From Mobula hypostoma (taxonomy: Eukaryota), in the NCBI RefSeq assembly GCF_963921235.1, contig NC_086097.1, forward strand, positions 148,740,001 through 148,804,000: a stretch of DNA of 64,000 bases, read 5' to 3'. Both the position numbers and the translations under genes were made by a program. The notes under the pieces were generated by a model. That model did not search any database, was not told the DNA's origin, and saw only the letters and a list, made by a program, of their open reading frames with translations. Each line of letters opens with the position of its first letter. Within the stretch, counting starts at the first letter, position 1. This document shows positions 38,326-49,811 of the stretch, piece by piece.

Positions 38326-39379
38326 GAGATGGGATAGAATTTGTCAAATGTATTCAGAGAAGTTTCCTTAAGCAGCGCGTATAAGGCCCAACACAAAAGT
38401 GTGTGATTCTTGATCTGCTATTCGGGAATGAGACAGAGCTGGTGACAGAATTTTCTGTATGGGAACACTTTGCATCTACTGATCACAGTGCCACTAGTTC
38501 CAAAGTAAATATGGAAAAAGATAAGTCTGGTCCTTGGGTTGAGATCCTAAATCGGAGAAAAGCCCATTTTTATGGTATCAGAAAGGATCCGACAAGTATT
38601 GCTTGGGTCAGGCTGTTTTGGTGTACTTGGTAAGTGGGAGGCCTTCAGAAGTGAAATTTGGATAGTATAAAGATTGTATGCACTTGTCAGAATAAAAGGT
38701 AAAGATAACAGGTTTAAGGAATCTTGGTTTTCAGGTGATAATGAAGCCCTAGTTAAGGGGAAAAAAGGTGCATGGCAGGAAGGAATAAATAAGGAGTATA
38801 AAAAATACAAGAGAACACTTATGAAAGAAATCAGGAAGGCTAAAAGAAGACATGAAATTGGTCTAGCAGACAAGGTGAAGGAGAATCCTAAAGGATTCTA
38901 CATATATGTTAAGAGCAAAAGGACTGCAAGGGATGAAATTAGTCCTCTAGAAGATCAGAATGGTAATCTATGTGGGGAACAAAAGAGATGGGGTATTCTG
39001 AAATCATTCTTTTGCATCCGCATTTACTTAGGAGAAGGGCACAGGGTCTAGAGAAGTGAGGCAAACCGGCATCAACTTCAAGAACCCTACACAGATTACA
39101 GAGGAGGAGGTGTTTGCTGTCCTGAGGTAAACTGGTGTGGATAAATCCCCAGGGCCTGACAAAGAGTTCCCTCAGACCCTGTAGGAAGCAAGTGCAGAAA
39201 TTGCCAGCACCATAACAGAGATATTGAAATCATCCTTAGTGACAGGTGAGATACCAGAGGATTGGAGGATAACCAATTATTGTTACACTATTTAAGAAAG
39301 GCTCTAAAAATAAACCAGGAATGTATAGGCCAGTGAACCTGATGTCAGCAGTGGGAAAGTTATTGGAAGTTGTTCATGG

Positions 39380-39510
39380 AGGAAGGGTCTCGGCCTGAGA
39401 TGTCGACTGTACCTCTTCCTAGAGATGCTGCCTGGCCTGCTGCATTCACCAGCAACTTTGATGTGTGTTGCTTGAATTTCCAGCATCTGCAGAATTCCTG
39501 TTGTTTGCGT
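39380..39510 (+). mobile_element. PLE terminal module starting within the hammerhead; replaces part of the CR1 RT
   Basis: gaagggtctcggcctgagatgtcgactg...ttcctgttgtttgcg; no TSD; the CR1 reading jumps across it. Confidence 0.8.
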
Positions 39511-41275
39511 TTTAAAATTAGATTAGACATTGGCTTTGTGGGAGAAGCCTGAGAGTGGTAGTAGATGGTTGCCTCTCTGACAGGAGGCCTGTGACTGGTG
39601 GAGTGCCACAGCGATTGGTGCTGGTTCCATTGTTGTTTGTCATCTGTATCAATGATCTGGATGATAATGTGGTTAACTGGATCAGCAAATTTGTGGGTGA
39701 CACCAAGATTAGGGGTGTAACGGACAGCAAGGAAAGCTATCGTGGCTTGCAGCGGAATTTGAACCAACTGGAAAAATAAGCTGAAAAATGGCAGATGGAA
39801 GTTAATGCAGACAAATGCAAGGTGTTGCGCCTCAGTAGGACCAATGAGGGTAGGTCTTACACAGTGAACGGTAGGGCACTGAGAAGTGAGATAGAACAAA
39901 GGTATCTGGGAATACAGGTCCATAATTCATTGAAAGTGGCCTCACAGTTAGACAGGGTTATAAAGAAAGCTTTTAGCACATTTGCCTTCATAGATCAAAG
40001 AACTGAGTACAGGAGATGGGATGTTATGTTGAAATTGTATAAGACGTTGATGAGGCCTAATTTGGAGTATTGTGTGTGGTTTTTGAGCACCTAGCTACAG
40101 GAGAGATGTAAATGAGGTTGAAAGAGCACATAGAAAATTTACAAGAATGTTGCTGGGTCTGAAGGACCTGAGTTATATGGAAAGATTGAATAGGTTAGGA
40201 CTTTATTCCTTGAAGCGTAGAGGATTGAAAGGAGATTTGATAGAGGTATACAAAAATATGAGGGCTATATACAAAGTAAATTCAAGCAGGCTTGGATGGG
40301 TGGATAAAACTACAATCAGAAGTCATGGGTTAAGGGTGAAAGGTGAAAAGTGTAAGAGGAACATGAGGGAAAACTTCTTCATTCAGAGGATCGTGAGAGT
40401 GCGGAATGAGCTGCAGCACAAGTGATGCATGCAAGCTCAATTTCAAAGTTGAATGAAAGCTTGGATAGGTACATGGATGGCCATGGTCCAGGTGCAAGTC
40501 GATGCGACTAGGCAGTTCAGATGGTTCAACATAGACTAGATGGGCCAAAGGGCTTGTTTCTGTCTTGTACTTTTCTATGACTCTATTTGTTCAAAACAGC
40601 TCAAACCCATGTAGAATAAAAGGTATATGGTAATCTCAACGAAACAGAGACATTCCTGGCAAATTTCCTTTGTCCTCGGACCAACGGATCGTTTGTATCA
40701 TGGTGGTAACTCTGCTACAAAGAAGAGGATTGTCTTCTCCAGTCCAGCAAGTTTGTGTTTTCTCTCTTCTCTACATATATACAGTGGATTTCAGTTAATT
40801 ATATCACTAGTTAATTGGAGCAGCCACTTATTTGGGACAACTCTTGAAGAACAAAAACTGAGAAAATAGCTGGGAATCCATTTGTTTATTTGGGACACCA
40901 TACCATTTAATTGCTGAGCAGTTTCCAACTAGCGTCAATCAGGTATATTTGTGCGGCTGTGAGACTCGATACCGTGCTTAGAGTAAACGATTATTAAATA
41001 GCGTCAGTTGTGTGGCGTTTGTGTTCAAAAAGCAGTGAATCTCGTCACTGCTAGTTGCTGAGAAATAAGCAGTAAGACAATTCAGAATTGTTTTGCTCAC
41101 TGCAGGCTTGGAGATGTGAGAAAAGACCAGGAGTGAAAAAAAAAATGATTTCACTACTTCAGCAAGTTAGAAATATGAAGAATTTGACAATCATCTTGAA
41201 TGTTACAATGAAAATGAAGATTTGGAGGATGTAATCGTTGAAGGCATTGTATGAAGGCTGTCAACTATCTGTATT

Positions 41276-41762
41276 CAGACATCTCACCTCTCCCAGAAGT
41301 TCTGGGAGTCTCCCGCATATTGACAGTGGCTCCCTGATGCCCGCAAATTATATACAATATCCCGGAAATCTATTTTTTTGAGAGCGAGAGAGAGAGCGCA
41401 AGAAAGAGAGGGAGAGAGAGAGAGAGAATGCACCATGGCAGAGTGTTCCAAAAAAAGAAAATATAAAATGTACGTCACCCCAGACTACACTAAAGTGTAC
41501 CCCTACCTAATAGGGGTCGAAAATATTTGCAACAGTGATTTTTCTATTGCCCATGTGGGTTAAGACTGTAAAAGACATGTTGAGGTGAGTTTAACAGGTG
41601 TCATTTGTTCATTAGCGTAGCTAACGTTATTTAAACTAGCTAGCTAGCTGCTAAGGAGCTACTCTATTGCAGACATCCCACCTCTCCCGGAAGTTCCAGG
41701 AGTCTCCCACAAATTGATGGTGCTACCTCCATGAAATGTGTTTTTGCAGGGTGGGATGTCTG
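41276..41762. mobile_element. hAT-like MITE
   Basis: TIR cagacatc(t/c)cacc / ggtgggatgtctg; flanking direct repeat ctgtatt (7 bp); internal second copy of the left end at ~41670-41720; (GA)n tract at ~41380-41427. Confidence 0.7.
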
Positions 41763-41924
41763 CTGTATTAGTTGTTTCTGTTGATTTTGTTCATTTACAG
41801 TCAACCAAAAGAACATGGCAGACAGTTTCCTAAGTTGATAACTATTAGGAACTAATACTGTCTAATAGCACTGTAGTAGTATTGGTAGTATTCTAACTTC
41901 TTTGGTATTCCATTTACTGTAAAT

Positions 41925-42483
41925 GCTGTGTACATACATCTACTGATGCCTCTGGTCACATCTTCAGTGATGTTCCTGGAATCATTGGTTGTTTCGGGTC
42001 TTTCAACATCATACACCCTCCTCCAGGTGACCCAGCCGGGGCTGATCAGACCCCAGCTTGTGTCCAGATGGCTGGCTACTTGTGACTCCATGGCTCCCCT
42101 CTTTTGAGCCACAGCCATCTTGAGGCCCTCTCTGCCGCATCAGTGGTACTACGGATGGCTCTCCTCTTCCTCTCTCCCTCGATGCCCAAATTGCTGAAGG
42201 CTCTAGCTAAGGAACGGGCTGCGAATCCCCTACAACCAACCTCCACTGGGAGACACCTCACTCTCCATCCAGCCTGCTGACAGTTGCTGACCAGTCCTGC
42301 GTACTTGGAGAGCTTCCTTTCAAAGGCCTCTTCCAAGCGATCTTTCCATGGGACTGTCAGCTCCAGCAGCATCACCTGCTTAGTAGACTCAGACACGAGG
42401 AGAATGTCTGGTCGCAGGGTGGTGGCTGCGATATGGTTGGGGAACTTCAGCTGCCCTTCGAGGTCCATCACCACCAGAGACTG
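41925..42483 (-). mobile_element. HERO-clade (restriction-like endonuclease) non-LTR retrotransposon 3' end
   Basis: Open translation LRPDILLVSESTKQVMLLELTVPW..RLEEAFERKLSKY...PVEVGCRGF...AERASRWLWLKR (PD-(D/E)xK RLE domain), then a short 3' UTR. Confidence 0.8.
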
Positions 42484-42959
42484 GCATAATTTGTTACTCA
42501 ATTAAATGGTGAATTACCTTGTTATACCTTTTTGACTATTTCCATGAAATTTCAGCTTATTTGGGCAGCTGCTTAATAGGGCCAAAATGTACTCGTCCTA
42601 AGTGCCCCAATTAACTGGAACCTATTCCAAATATACACACTAATATCCATGCAGCAGTGTCTAGTCTCCAGTCATCTAGGATCCCTCATCAATGGATCAA
42701 GGCCTTGCTCTGTCAAATTTGTGTTGGTTCATATGTAGAACAGCTAAGCCACACTGGAAGAATTATACACAGACATTTCCATTCCTCAATATGAATTTCA
42801 GGACCTAGGATCTCAGAAACCTCATATAGAACAGCACAAGCAACAGATCAGAATGCCACTTGATTACATCTCAGGTATTCAGCCACTTTGACATCAGCTT
42901 TACAAACAACCTGAGTCACGATGGGCACAAGATGGCCAGCTCAAAGAAAAAAATGATAG

Positions 42960-43240
42960 GTATGCCTTCTTCTGGCAAACCAGAACACAAGCATTCTCTG
43001 TTTGTAGTCACTGAACTCAAGACTGACACAAAATACAGGCTGGGTAATTGCTTTATGGAGCACCTAATTAGTCTGCAAGAATGATCCTGAGCTTCCAGCT
43101 GCCTGCTACTGAAATCGATCATCATACTACGACTCTAACCTTTATGCCTGAGTTCTCCTGCAATCTTACAACAAGCTCCAATGCAAGTCTGAGGAACAAC
43201 GTTCTGTCTTCTGTCCTCTGGACTCAATGATGAATTCTCT
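42960..43240 (+). mobile_element. very old PLE GIY-YIG fragment
   Basis: TK.RLGNCFMEHL and 'tgaggaacaacgttctgtcttctgtc' resemble the GIY-YIG region at 10780-10970. Confidence 0.55.
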
Positions 43241-44044
43241 GCCTCTGGCTAACTCATTCTTTTGGTTTACATCAGAATTGACCACTTTTGATAACCCCTT
43301 AATCAGACAAAGCAGCATAAAGTATAACTGTTTGATAAACCCATTTGGACTCACACTATCAGAGATATTCTCCATGCTCCACACATCCCTTCCTCACCTT
43401 CTATATCACAAGATGCTGAGAAAGGGAAGAGACTCTACAATGCAGATGTCCCTGACTCCATGAGATCAAATAATTCAAAATGTTAGCCACAGCTTCCCAG
43501 TTACCAGTGACTCCACACTACTTACCCACTTCCTATCACTAACAATGAAACTATTTTACAACCGTATAAAAATCACCTGAAAATTAACTCTCTGAATTAA
43601 TTCAAAGTGAAATACATTTTTCAAAAAACCTAGTCGCCTTTTCAGCTCTCCTTACTCCCACAAGTTTTTGTTTGCTCTTGTGCTCTTTTGATGTGCTGAC
43701 CTAGTGGCTGTGGTATGAAAGGTGGGGTGCATTCATGTTTTGGTGCAACACTTTAGATATTGACTTCACAGGGTACTTCTTTCTGCTGCCTCCAAAATAA
43801 GCTTCAATAGTCTACTCCATTATCCATTCTATCACTATCCCTGTGTATCTGAAATATCTCCCCCCTCATGCATTTTCAGAATACCACAGTGCTCACCATT
43901 CCACATATTCATCCATTCTTTGAAGTATCCCATGACTGATTCAACCTTCAGGCAGATTGCAGCCATATTACCCTACCTCTGAGAAAGTTGCATGCAGACA
44001 TTGAATAAAGAGGAAAGTCCTGGCTACACATCAGTACATATTCT

Positions 44045-44880
44045 AAACACAAGAAAGTCAGCGGATGCTGAAATCCAAAACAACACACAGACAAAATGCT
44101 GGAGGAACTCAGCAGGTCCGGCAGCATCTATGGAAATGAATAAACAGTCGATGTTTTGGCCCAAGACCCTTCTTCACGATTGAAAGGGAAGGGGGAAGGT
44201 GCCAGACTAAAAAGGTTGGGGAGGGGAAGGAAGCTAGCTGGAAGTTGATAGGTGAAGCCAGATGGGTGGGAAAGTAAAGAGCTCAAGAAGAAGGAATCTG
44301 ATAGGAGAGGAGAGTGAACCATAGGAAGTAGGTGGAGACTCAAGGATAAATGATAGGTGAGTGAGAAGAGGTAAAAGCCAGAGTGGGGGAATAGAAGAAA
44401 AGGGGAGGGGGGAGTTTTTACCAGAAGGAGAAATTGATATTCAGGCCATCTGGTTGGAACCTACTCAGATGGAATATAAGGTGTTGCTCCTCCATCCTGA
44501 GGGTGCCCTCATCTTGGCACAAGAAGAGGCTATAGACTGACTTGTAGGAATGGAAATGGGAATGGGAATTAAATTTTTTGTCCATAGGGAAGCTTCACTT
44601 TTGGTGGATGGAGAATCGGTGCTCAACGAAGCAGTCCCCCAATTTACGATGGGTCTGACCAATGTGGAGGAGACGAGCACTCGACACAATAGACAACCCC
44701 AGCAGATTCACAGGTGAAGTGTTGCCTCACCTGGGAGCACTGTTTGAAGCCCAGAATAACTGCTTGAAGAGAAATTAGTGGGGAGGGACGAATGGACAAG
44801 GGAAACACAGAAAGCGAAAAGCATGGGGGAAGAGGTAAGGATATGTTTAGTGGCAGCATTCCTTTGTAGGTGGCGGAAGT
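44045..44880 (-). mobile_element. PLE 3' fragment (GIY-YIG plus terminal module), older
   Basis: Minus strand QVRQHFTCESAGVVYCVECS; terminal module with degenerate hammerhead at ~44145-44180. Confidence 0.85.
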
Positions 44881-46019
44881 ACATTGTTCATGTGTTTCCT
44901 GCATCTCAATACATGAGTTAATCATATTCTTAGGAGTGAGAAGTCAATTTATAGCCTCCCACTTCCTAACCCTGCCATTCTTTTTCCCATTGTTTCTGCA
45001 CTTTATAATGTATGCCAAGATTGGCCTCTTTGCAGTCTTTTCAGGAAAGAATGGGTAAAAAGAAAATCTTCTTTTTTTACCTGTTCTTTTCTTCTAAGAG
45101 ACAATACTTAGTCCATATATTGAATGGGGAAAACATAGATAATCTCTGTTTTATCTCAGCTAAGAACAGACTTAAATTACAGAATACAAACTGATAATAA
45201 AAAGGCCATCAGAATATAAAACCTGCTCTCAACTGCCATGAGTTTATTGAAGGAAAACAAAACATGAGAATGAATACATGCCTCATGGCAAGATATTCAG
45301 TAAATATTAGATGGCATTGGGAAAGATGCCAATGCACATCAAGTTACATCAAGTCACTTCCTGGTGCAGTGTTGGCAGAAAAAGGGAAATCACCACAGAT
45401 AAAAACAATAGTCCCAGTGGCTACTGAAAACAAAGACTGCCCATCTAACAAAATGAGGATTAAAGTGAATGGGATTCGATCTTTCAGCAGGAGGGATTCT
45501 GTTGCTGTATATTGTGCCTATGAAGAACACAGAGGGAAATTATTTCCTAATTTATGAATTCATTTAAAGTACTTAAATTTCTTTGTACATGAGGCATTAA
45601 TTTCTTTGAGGTTGTTACAAATAAGGAGGTAACTTTTCATCTGTATTGCCCAAGTGGTTATTAATCTACCTGTTCAAGAGTTCACACAGTTTCCATTCTC
45701 TTTATCTAATGAATTATGCTACCATCTGTGTCCTGACAATGTAAATCAATTGATCATTGCAATAGGAAAAAACACAGAACTCCACCAGCAAACTATCGGT
45801 TATGATACACGCTTCGTGCACATACCTCCTTCTGCAGTGAATACTGTTTTGTAACTATGGAATGCATTCTTTACATTCATAATTTCCCCATCAATGATTG
45901 TCTTTGCTGCCAAAGAAAGAAATTCCACATTCAGATAGGCAATTTTCTACCCACATTGCCGTCGGAATAGGACCTTATTACCTCAACCAGCATTTGAAAA
46001 ACAAGGTTAGAAGCAATGT

Positions 46020-46570
46020 GCTGCTGAGATTTATAAGGTATTAGTCTGAAAGCATTTGAAATATGGTGATCAATTTTGGACCCAGAATGTAATGAAAAAT
46101 ATGAGAACCCTGAAGAGGATCCAGAGAAGATTCACAAGCAATGAAACGCTTAACGTATGAAGAGCATTTGATGTCACATTTGGAGTACAGAAGGATGAAA
46201 ACTACTGGTTATTGAAAGGCCTGGATAGAATAGATATGGAGTGGATGTTTCCATTGGTAGGACAGCCTTGGATCGAAGGTCACAAAATGAACTAAAGGGA
46301 CGTCCCTCTGGAATTCAGATAAGGAGGAATTTCTTCAGTACAATGGTGATGAATCTGTGGAATTTGTTGCCACAAATGGCAGTGGAAGTAAAGTCACTGA
46401 GTAACTAAGGCAGAAATTGATAGGTTCTTGATTAATAAGGGGGCTAAGGATTACGGGAGAATGCAGGAGATTTGGATTGAAAAAATATCAGCCATGATTA
46501 AATGGCAGAGCAGACTCAGTGGGCTGAATAGCCTAATTCTGCTCCTACGTCTTATGGTCTAATGGTCTTA
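46020..46570 (+). mobile_element. CR1 LINE 3' fragment
   Basis: CR1 C-terminal homology; tail 'cctaattctgctcctacgtcttatggtctaatggtctta'. Confidence 0.8.
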
Positions 46571-46699
46571 AGGTTAGCAAAGGAGGACTCCACAACGTGT
46601 GAATTAACAATGGCTTGAACTTGGTCTGGGACCTGCTGCCAGCTGAAACTAAAATCATAGCACATTTTCCCCTATATTGGTATCAAGGGAAGTAGCACA

Positions 46700-47803
46700 A
46701 CCAGTACAAAGCATGATTAGTAAGTTTGCACCTGACATCAAAATAAGTGATATCATGTATCATGGACAGTGAATAAGCTTATCAAAAGTTACAGGGAATC
46801 TTGATCAGCTAGGTTAAGTGAACCAAGGAACGGTCATTCAGCTAAGTGCAAGGTGTTGCATTTTAGGACTTACACAAAGAACAGTATGACCCTGGGGAAT
46901 TTATAGAACACTGAAAGCTAGGGGTACAAGTACTTAGCTCCCTGAAAGTGAAGTCACAATTAGACAAGATGGTGAAGAAGTCATTTTGCTTTTCCATTCA
47001 TTGGTCAAGGTATTAAGTATAGGATTTGGAACATTATGTTGCAGTTTTACAAAATGCTGGTGAGGCTGTACCTGATACATGATATATGGCTTTGGTTACC
47101 TAGTTATAAAGATGATTAAACTGGAAAGAATCCAAAAAGAATTACAAGAACATTGCCAGAGCTTGAAGACCTGAGTTATAGGAAGAGGTTAGGCACTATT
47201 TTTTGGAGTGTAGGCAACTGCGGGGAGACCTTAGAGAGGTGTGTAAAATCATGAGGAACATGGATAGGTTAAATGCACATGGTCATTTTCCTAAGGAAAG
47301 GGAACCAAAAATTAGAGGGCATAAGTTAAAGATGAGAGGGGAAAAATTTTAAGAAGGACCTGAGTGGCAACTTCTTTACACTAATGGTGGTACATCTATG
47401 GAAAGAGCTGCCAAAGGAAGTGGTTGAGACAGGTATAATAATAGCATTAAAGGACATTTTAAAAGGTACATGGATAGGAAATGTTTGGAAGGAAATTGGC
47501 AAAAGATTGGCAAATGAAACTAGTTTAGATGGGCTTCTTGGTTGGCACAGACAAGTTGGACCCGAGCAACATACATCAAAGTTGCTGGTGAACGCAGCAG
47601 GCCAGACAGCATCTATAGGAAGAGGCGCAGTCGACGTTTCAGGCCGAAACGTCGACTGCGCCTCTTCCTATAGATGCTGCCTGGCCTGCTGCGTTCACCA
47701 GCAACTTTGATGTATGTTGCTTGAATTTCCAGCATCTGCAGAATTCCTGTTGTTTAAGTTGGACCCGAGGACCTGTTTCCATACTATATTACTCTATGAC
47801 CCT
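46700..47803 (+). mobile_element. CR1 LINE 3' portion, decayed
   Basis: SKFA.D.K, LRGDLREVCKIMR, RGHKLK motifs; tail 'actctatgac'. Confidence 0.8.
47567..47755. mobile_element. fold-back (palindromic) PLE mini-insertion
   Basis: Inverted PLE terminal modules (~73-bp arms) around 'caggccg'; perfect 14-bp TSD aagttggacccgag (47553-47566, 47756-47769). Confidence 0.92.
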
Positions 47804-48325
47804 AGTAAATGAATATCAAGAATATTAAGATGCTGGAAACTTGCAATAAAATAGAAATTACTGAAAACATTCACCAGATCAAGTAGCATTTGTGGGAAGA
47901 GAAAAAAGTCAATGTTCAGGTTAAAGACTTCATTAGAACTTAATCATAGAGCAAACATTTGCACTTACATACATAGTGTCATAGATTATACATTTTCCAT
48001 GTATACGTGAGTAGTGAGAAATCAAGAGAATGCACCTCTTATTAGGGAAACATTATTGACGGAAAAAGTATTTAGAATCTATTACGAACAGAAACTTACC
48101 AAAGTGTTGAATTTATGAAACCACAGTGTTCAAATGGATTGATTTATTTTTAAAGTTTGGGAATAAATATTTTAAGGAGTCCTCATATTTATCTTTTATA
48201 AGTTTACCAGAAGAGATCTCAAAACTTCCAAGCCCTAGACACCAATTCTTGCCATTGTTTGGTGGTTCCATGAAAAGTTGAAAGAAAACATCTGCTGAAA
48301 AATTAATAAGAAAATCTTGCTCTGA

Positions 48326-48362
48326 GGGGGGGACTTCCGGGTCATCAAGGGAATGGCGGCGT
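48326..48362 (+). promoter_or_regulatory. putative L1 internal promoter motifs (ETS-like ACTTCCGG, YY1-like AATGGCGGC)
   Basis: gggggggACTTCCGG at ~48326-48340 and AATGGCGGCG at 48352-48361 at the element's 5' end; function inferred. Confidence 0.5.
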
Positions 48363-48462
48363 AAGGAAAAGGTCTCTCGACAAAAAAGAAGGTAAACTGC
48401 CCCAAAATCGAATTTAGACAAATACTTAATATTGCATAACTATATTAATAAAAGGGGCCAGG

Positions 48463-49449
48463 ATGATGTCTAAGAACAAGAATAAAAAGTCCGCTTCCAA
48501 GGCTGATAAACATAAAGAGATGCAGCAAGGCGACGGGCCTAGCTCCCCCACGGCAAGCCAGGACGGAGATAATGAGGGGGAATCGGTGACTCTGTCTTTG
48601 ATTCTCGGAGAGATTCGCGAGTTCCGACAAGATAACAGCAAACAGCTGGAAGATATTAAAGGAGAAATAGTAAAAACTAACTCGCGGATAGATGAAGCCG
48701 AAGCGAGGATTGTTGGAATTGAAGAGAAGCTACAAAACGCCGAGGAAGTGATAGCAGAAATGCTGAAGCTACAAGACCAGCTCCAGTGGAAACTAATAGA
48801 TCAAGAAGGCCGCTCGAGAAGGGAAAATGTGAGGATCTACGGAGTTCCCGAAGGAACCGAAGGTAAACCCAGATTGATGATTCCCTTCGTGGAGAAGCTG
48901 CTTAGAGAGAACTTTGATATACCGGCTGCGAAAGACCTACAGATAGAAAGGGCTCACCGCGCGTTGGCACCACAGCCTCCGGCAGGCGCCCAGCCCAGAT
49001 CGATTCTGATCAGATTTCTCAGTTACAGAACGAAGGAAGAGGTGCTTAAAAGAGCATGGCAAAAGAAAGGTTTCATGTGGAACAACTGCAAAATCAGTTT
49101 AGACCACGACTACACACCGGGGATTCTTGCCAGACGGAAGGAATATACGGAAACACGGAGAGTCCTGAAGGAAAACAACATCAGATTCCAGACCCTGTAT
49201 CCAGCTCGGCTGAGAGTCTTTTACGACGAAGGGACAAAAACTTACGCTATGGTGGAGGAGGCAACATCGGACCTGGCGGACCGGGGACTACCTATTAAAG
49301 TTATCACCCAACCGGAGTCGCTACTGGAGAGGATTCGGCAGAAGTCGTGGCAGTTAGTGGGGCGAGGACGCTCCACTCGAACCAGAGTGTCAAACTACAA
49401 GGAAAAGCTGCAAATATTCAGACGCGAATGTACAGAGAATACAGATTAA
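48463..49449 (+). CDS. L1 ORF1 protein (coiled coil, RRM, CTD), 328 aa, intact
   Basis: Coiled coil then EGRSRRENVRIYGVPEG, IERAHRAL, PRSILIRFL, LYPARLRV motifs typical of L1 ORF1p. Confidence 0.93.
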   Translation: MMSKNKNKKSASKADKHKEMQQGDGPSSPTASQDGDNEGESVTLSLILGEIREFRQDNSKQLEDIKGEIVKTNSRIDEAEARIVGIEEKLQNAEEVIAEMLKLQDQLQWKLIDQEGRSRRENVRIYGVPEGTEGKPRLMIPFVEKLLRENFDIPAAKDLQIERAHRALAPQPPAGAQPRSILIRFLSYRTKEEVLKRAWQKKGFMWNNCKISLDHDYTPGILARRKEYTETRRVLKENNIRFQTLYPARLRVFYDEGTKTYAMVEEATSDLADRGLPIKVITQPESLLERIRQKSWQLVGRGRSTRTRVSNYKEKLQIFRRECTENTD

Positions 49450-49811
49450 TTAAGAGAAATAACTGAAATGAGTAAATCGGACTTAAAAGTAAAATGAAAA
49501 CTGGTAACTGAAAATAAACTAGGCGGAATAACTTGAATGATAGCAATATGGTCGAGACATAAATAGGAGAAAATTCTCTATGATTATTCAAACTGCTGAG
49601 GGCCCTCTAACACAGGGTGAAGATAGAGGTTATCCCTCTGAACTGTGGCGGGTCGGTGCTCAGGCCTCACTGTGGGAAGTCGGGAAAAATTTTCAAATGT
49701 TATACGTTCAGAAATGTCTAGGGTGTGGTTATATGTCTTGGTTTACTGTTGAGAAGGGATTGCTTACTGTTTGGTTAGAAAAGGAGAGTGCTTTTTTTCT
49801 ACTAGAGAAAA

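Larger units (their letters stand above)
35300..40586 (+). mobile_element. near full-length CR1 LINE (ORF1 zinc finger plus SGNH-esterase-like; ORF2 APE plus RT), decayed, with nested insertions
   Basis: ORF1 CSFCKMWE...YTCKK, VGTNEIGRK...VISGLL; ORF2 CVYFNARSI, VVVGDFNFP, ILDLL, KSPGPD, YRPVNL, GVPQ..VL.PLLFVICINDLD...FVGDTK, RPNLEYCV; tail tctatgactctat. Confidence 0.9.
40782..42627. mobile_element. non-autonomous Tigger/pogo-like DNA transposon hosting two insertions
   Basis: TA|cagtggatttcagttaatt ... ccccaattaactggaa; homologous to 10028-11537. Confidence 0.6.

Noticed and set aside
41940..42075. Hammerhead ribozyme in the HERO 3' UTR (gacccGAAAc and cTGAaGA segments)
   Set aside because: Core segments are in an order and pairing context that I could not fold into a hammerhead.
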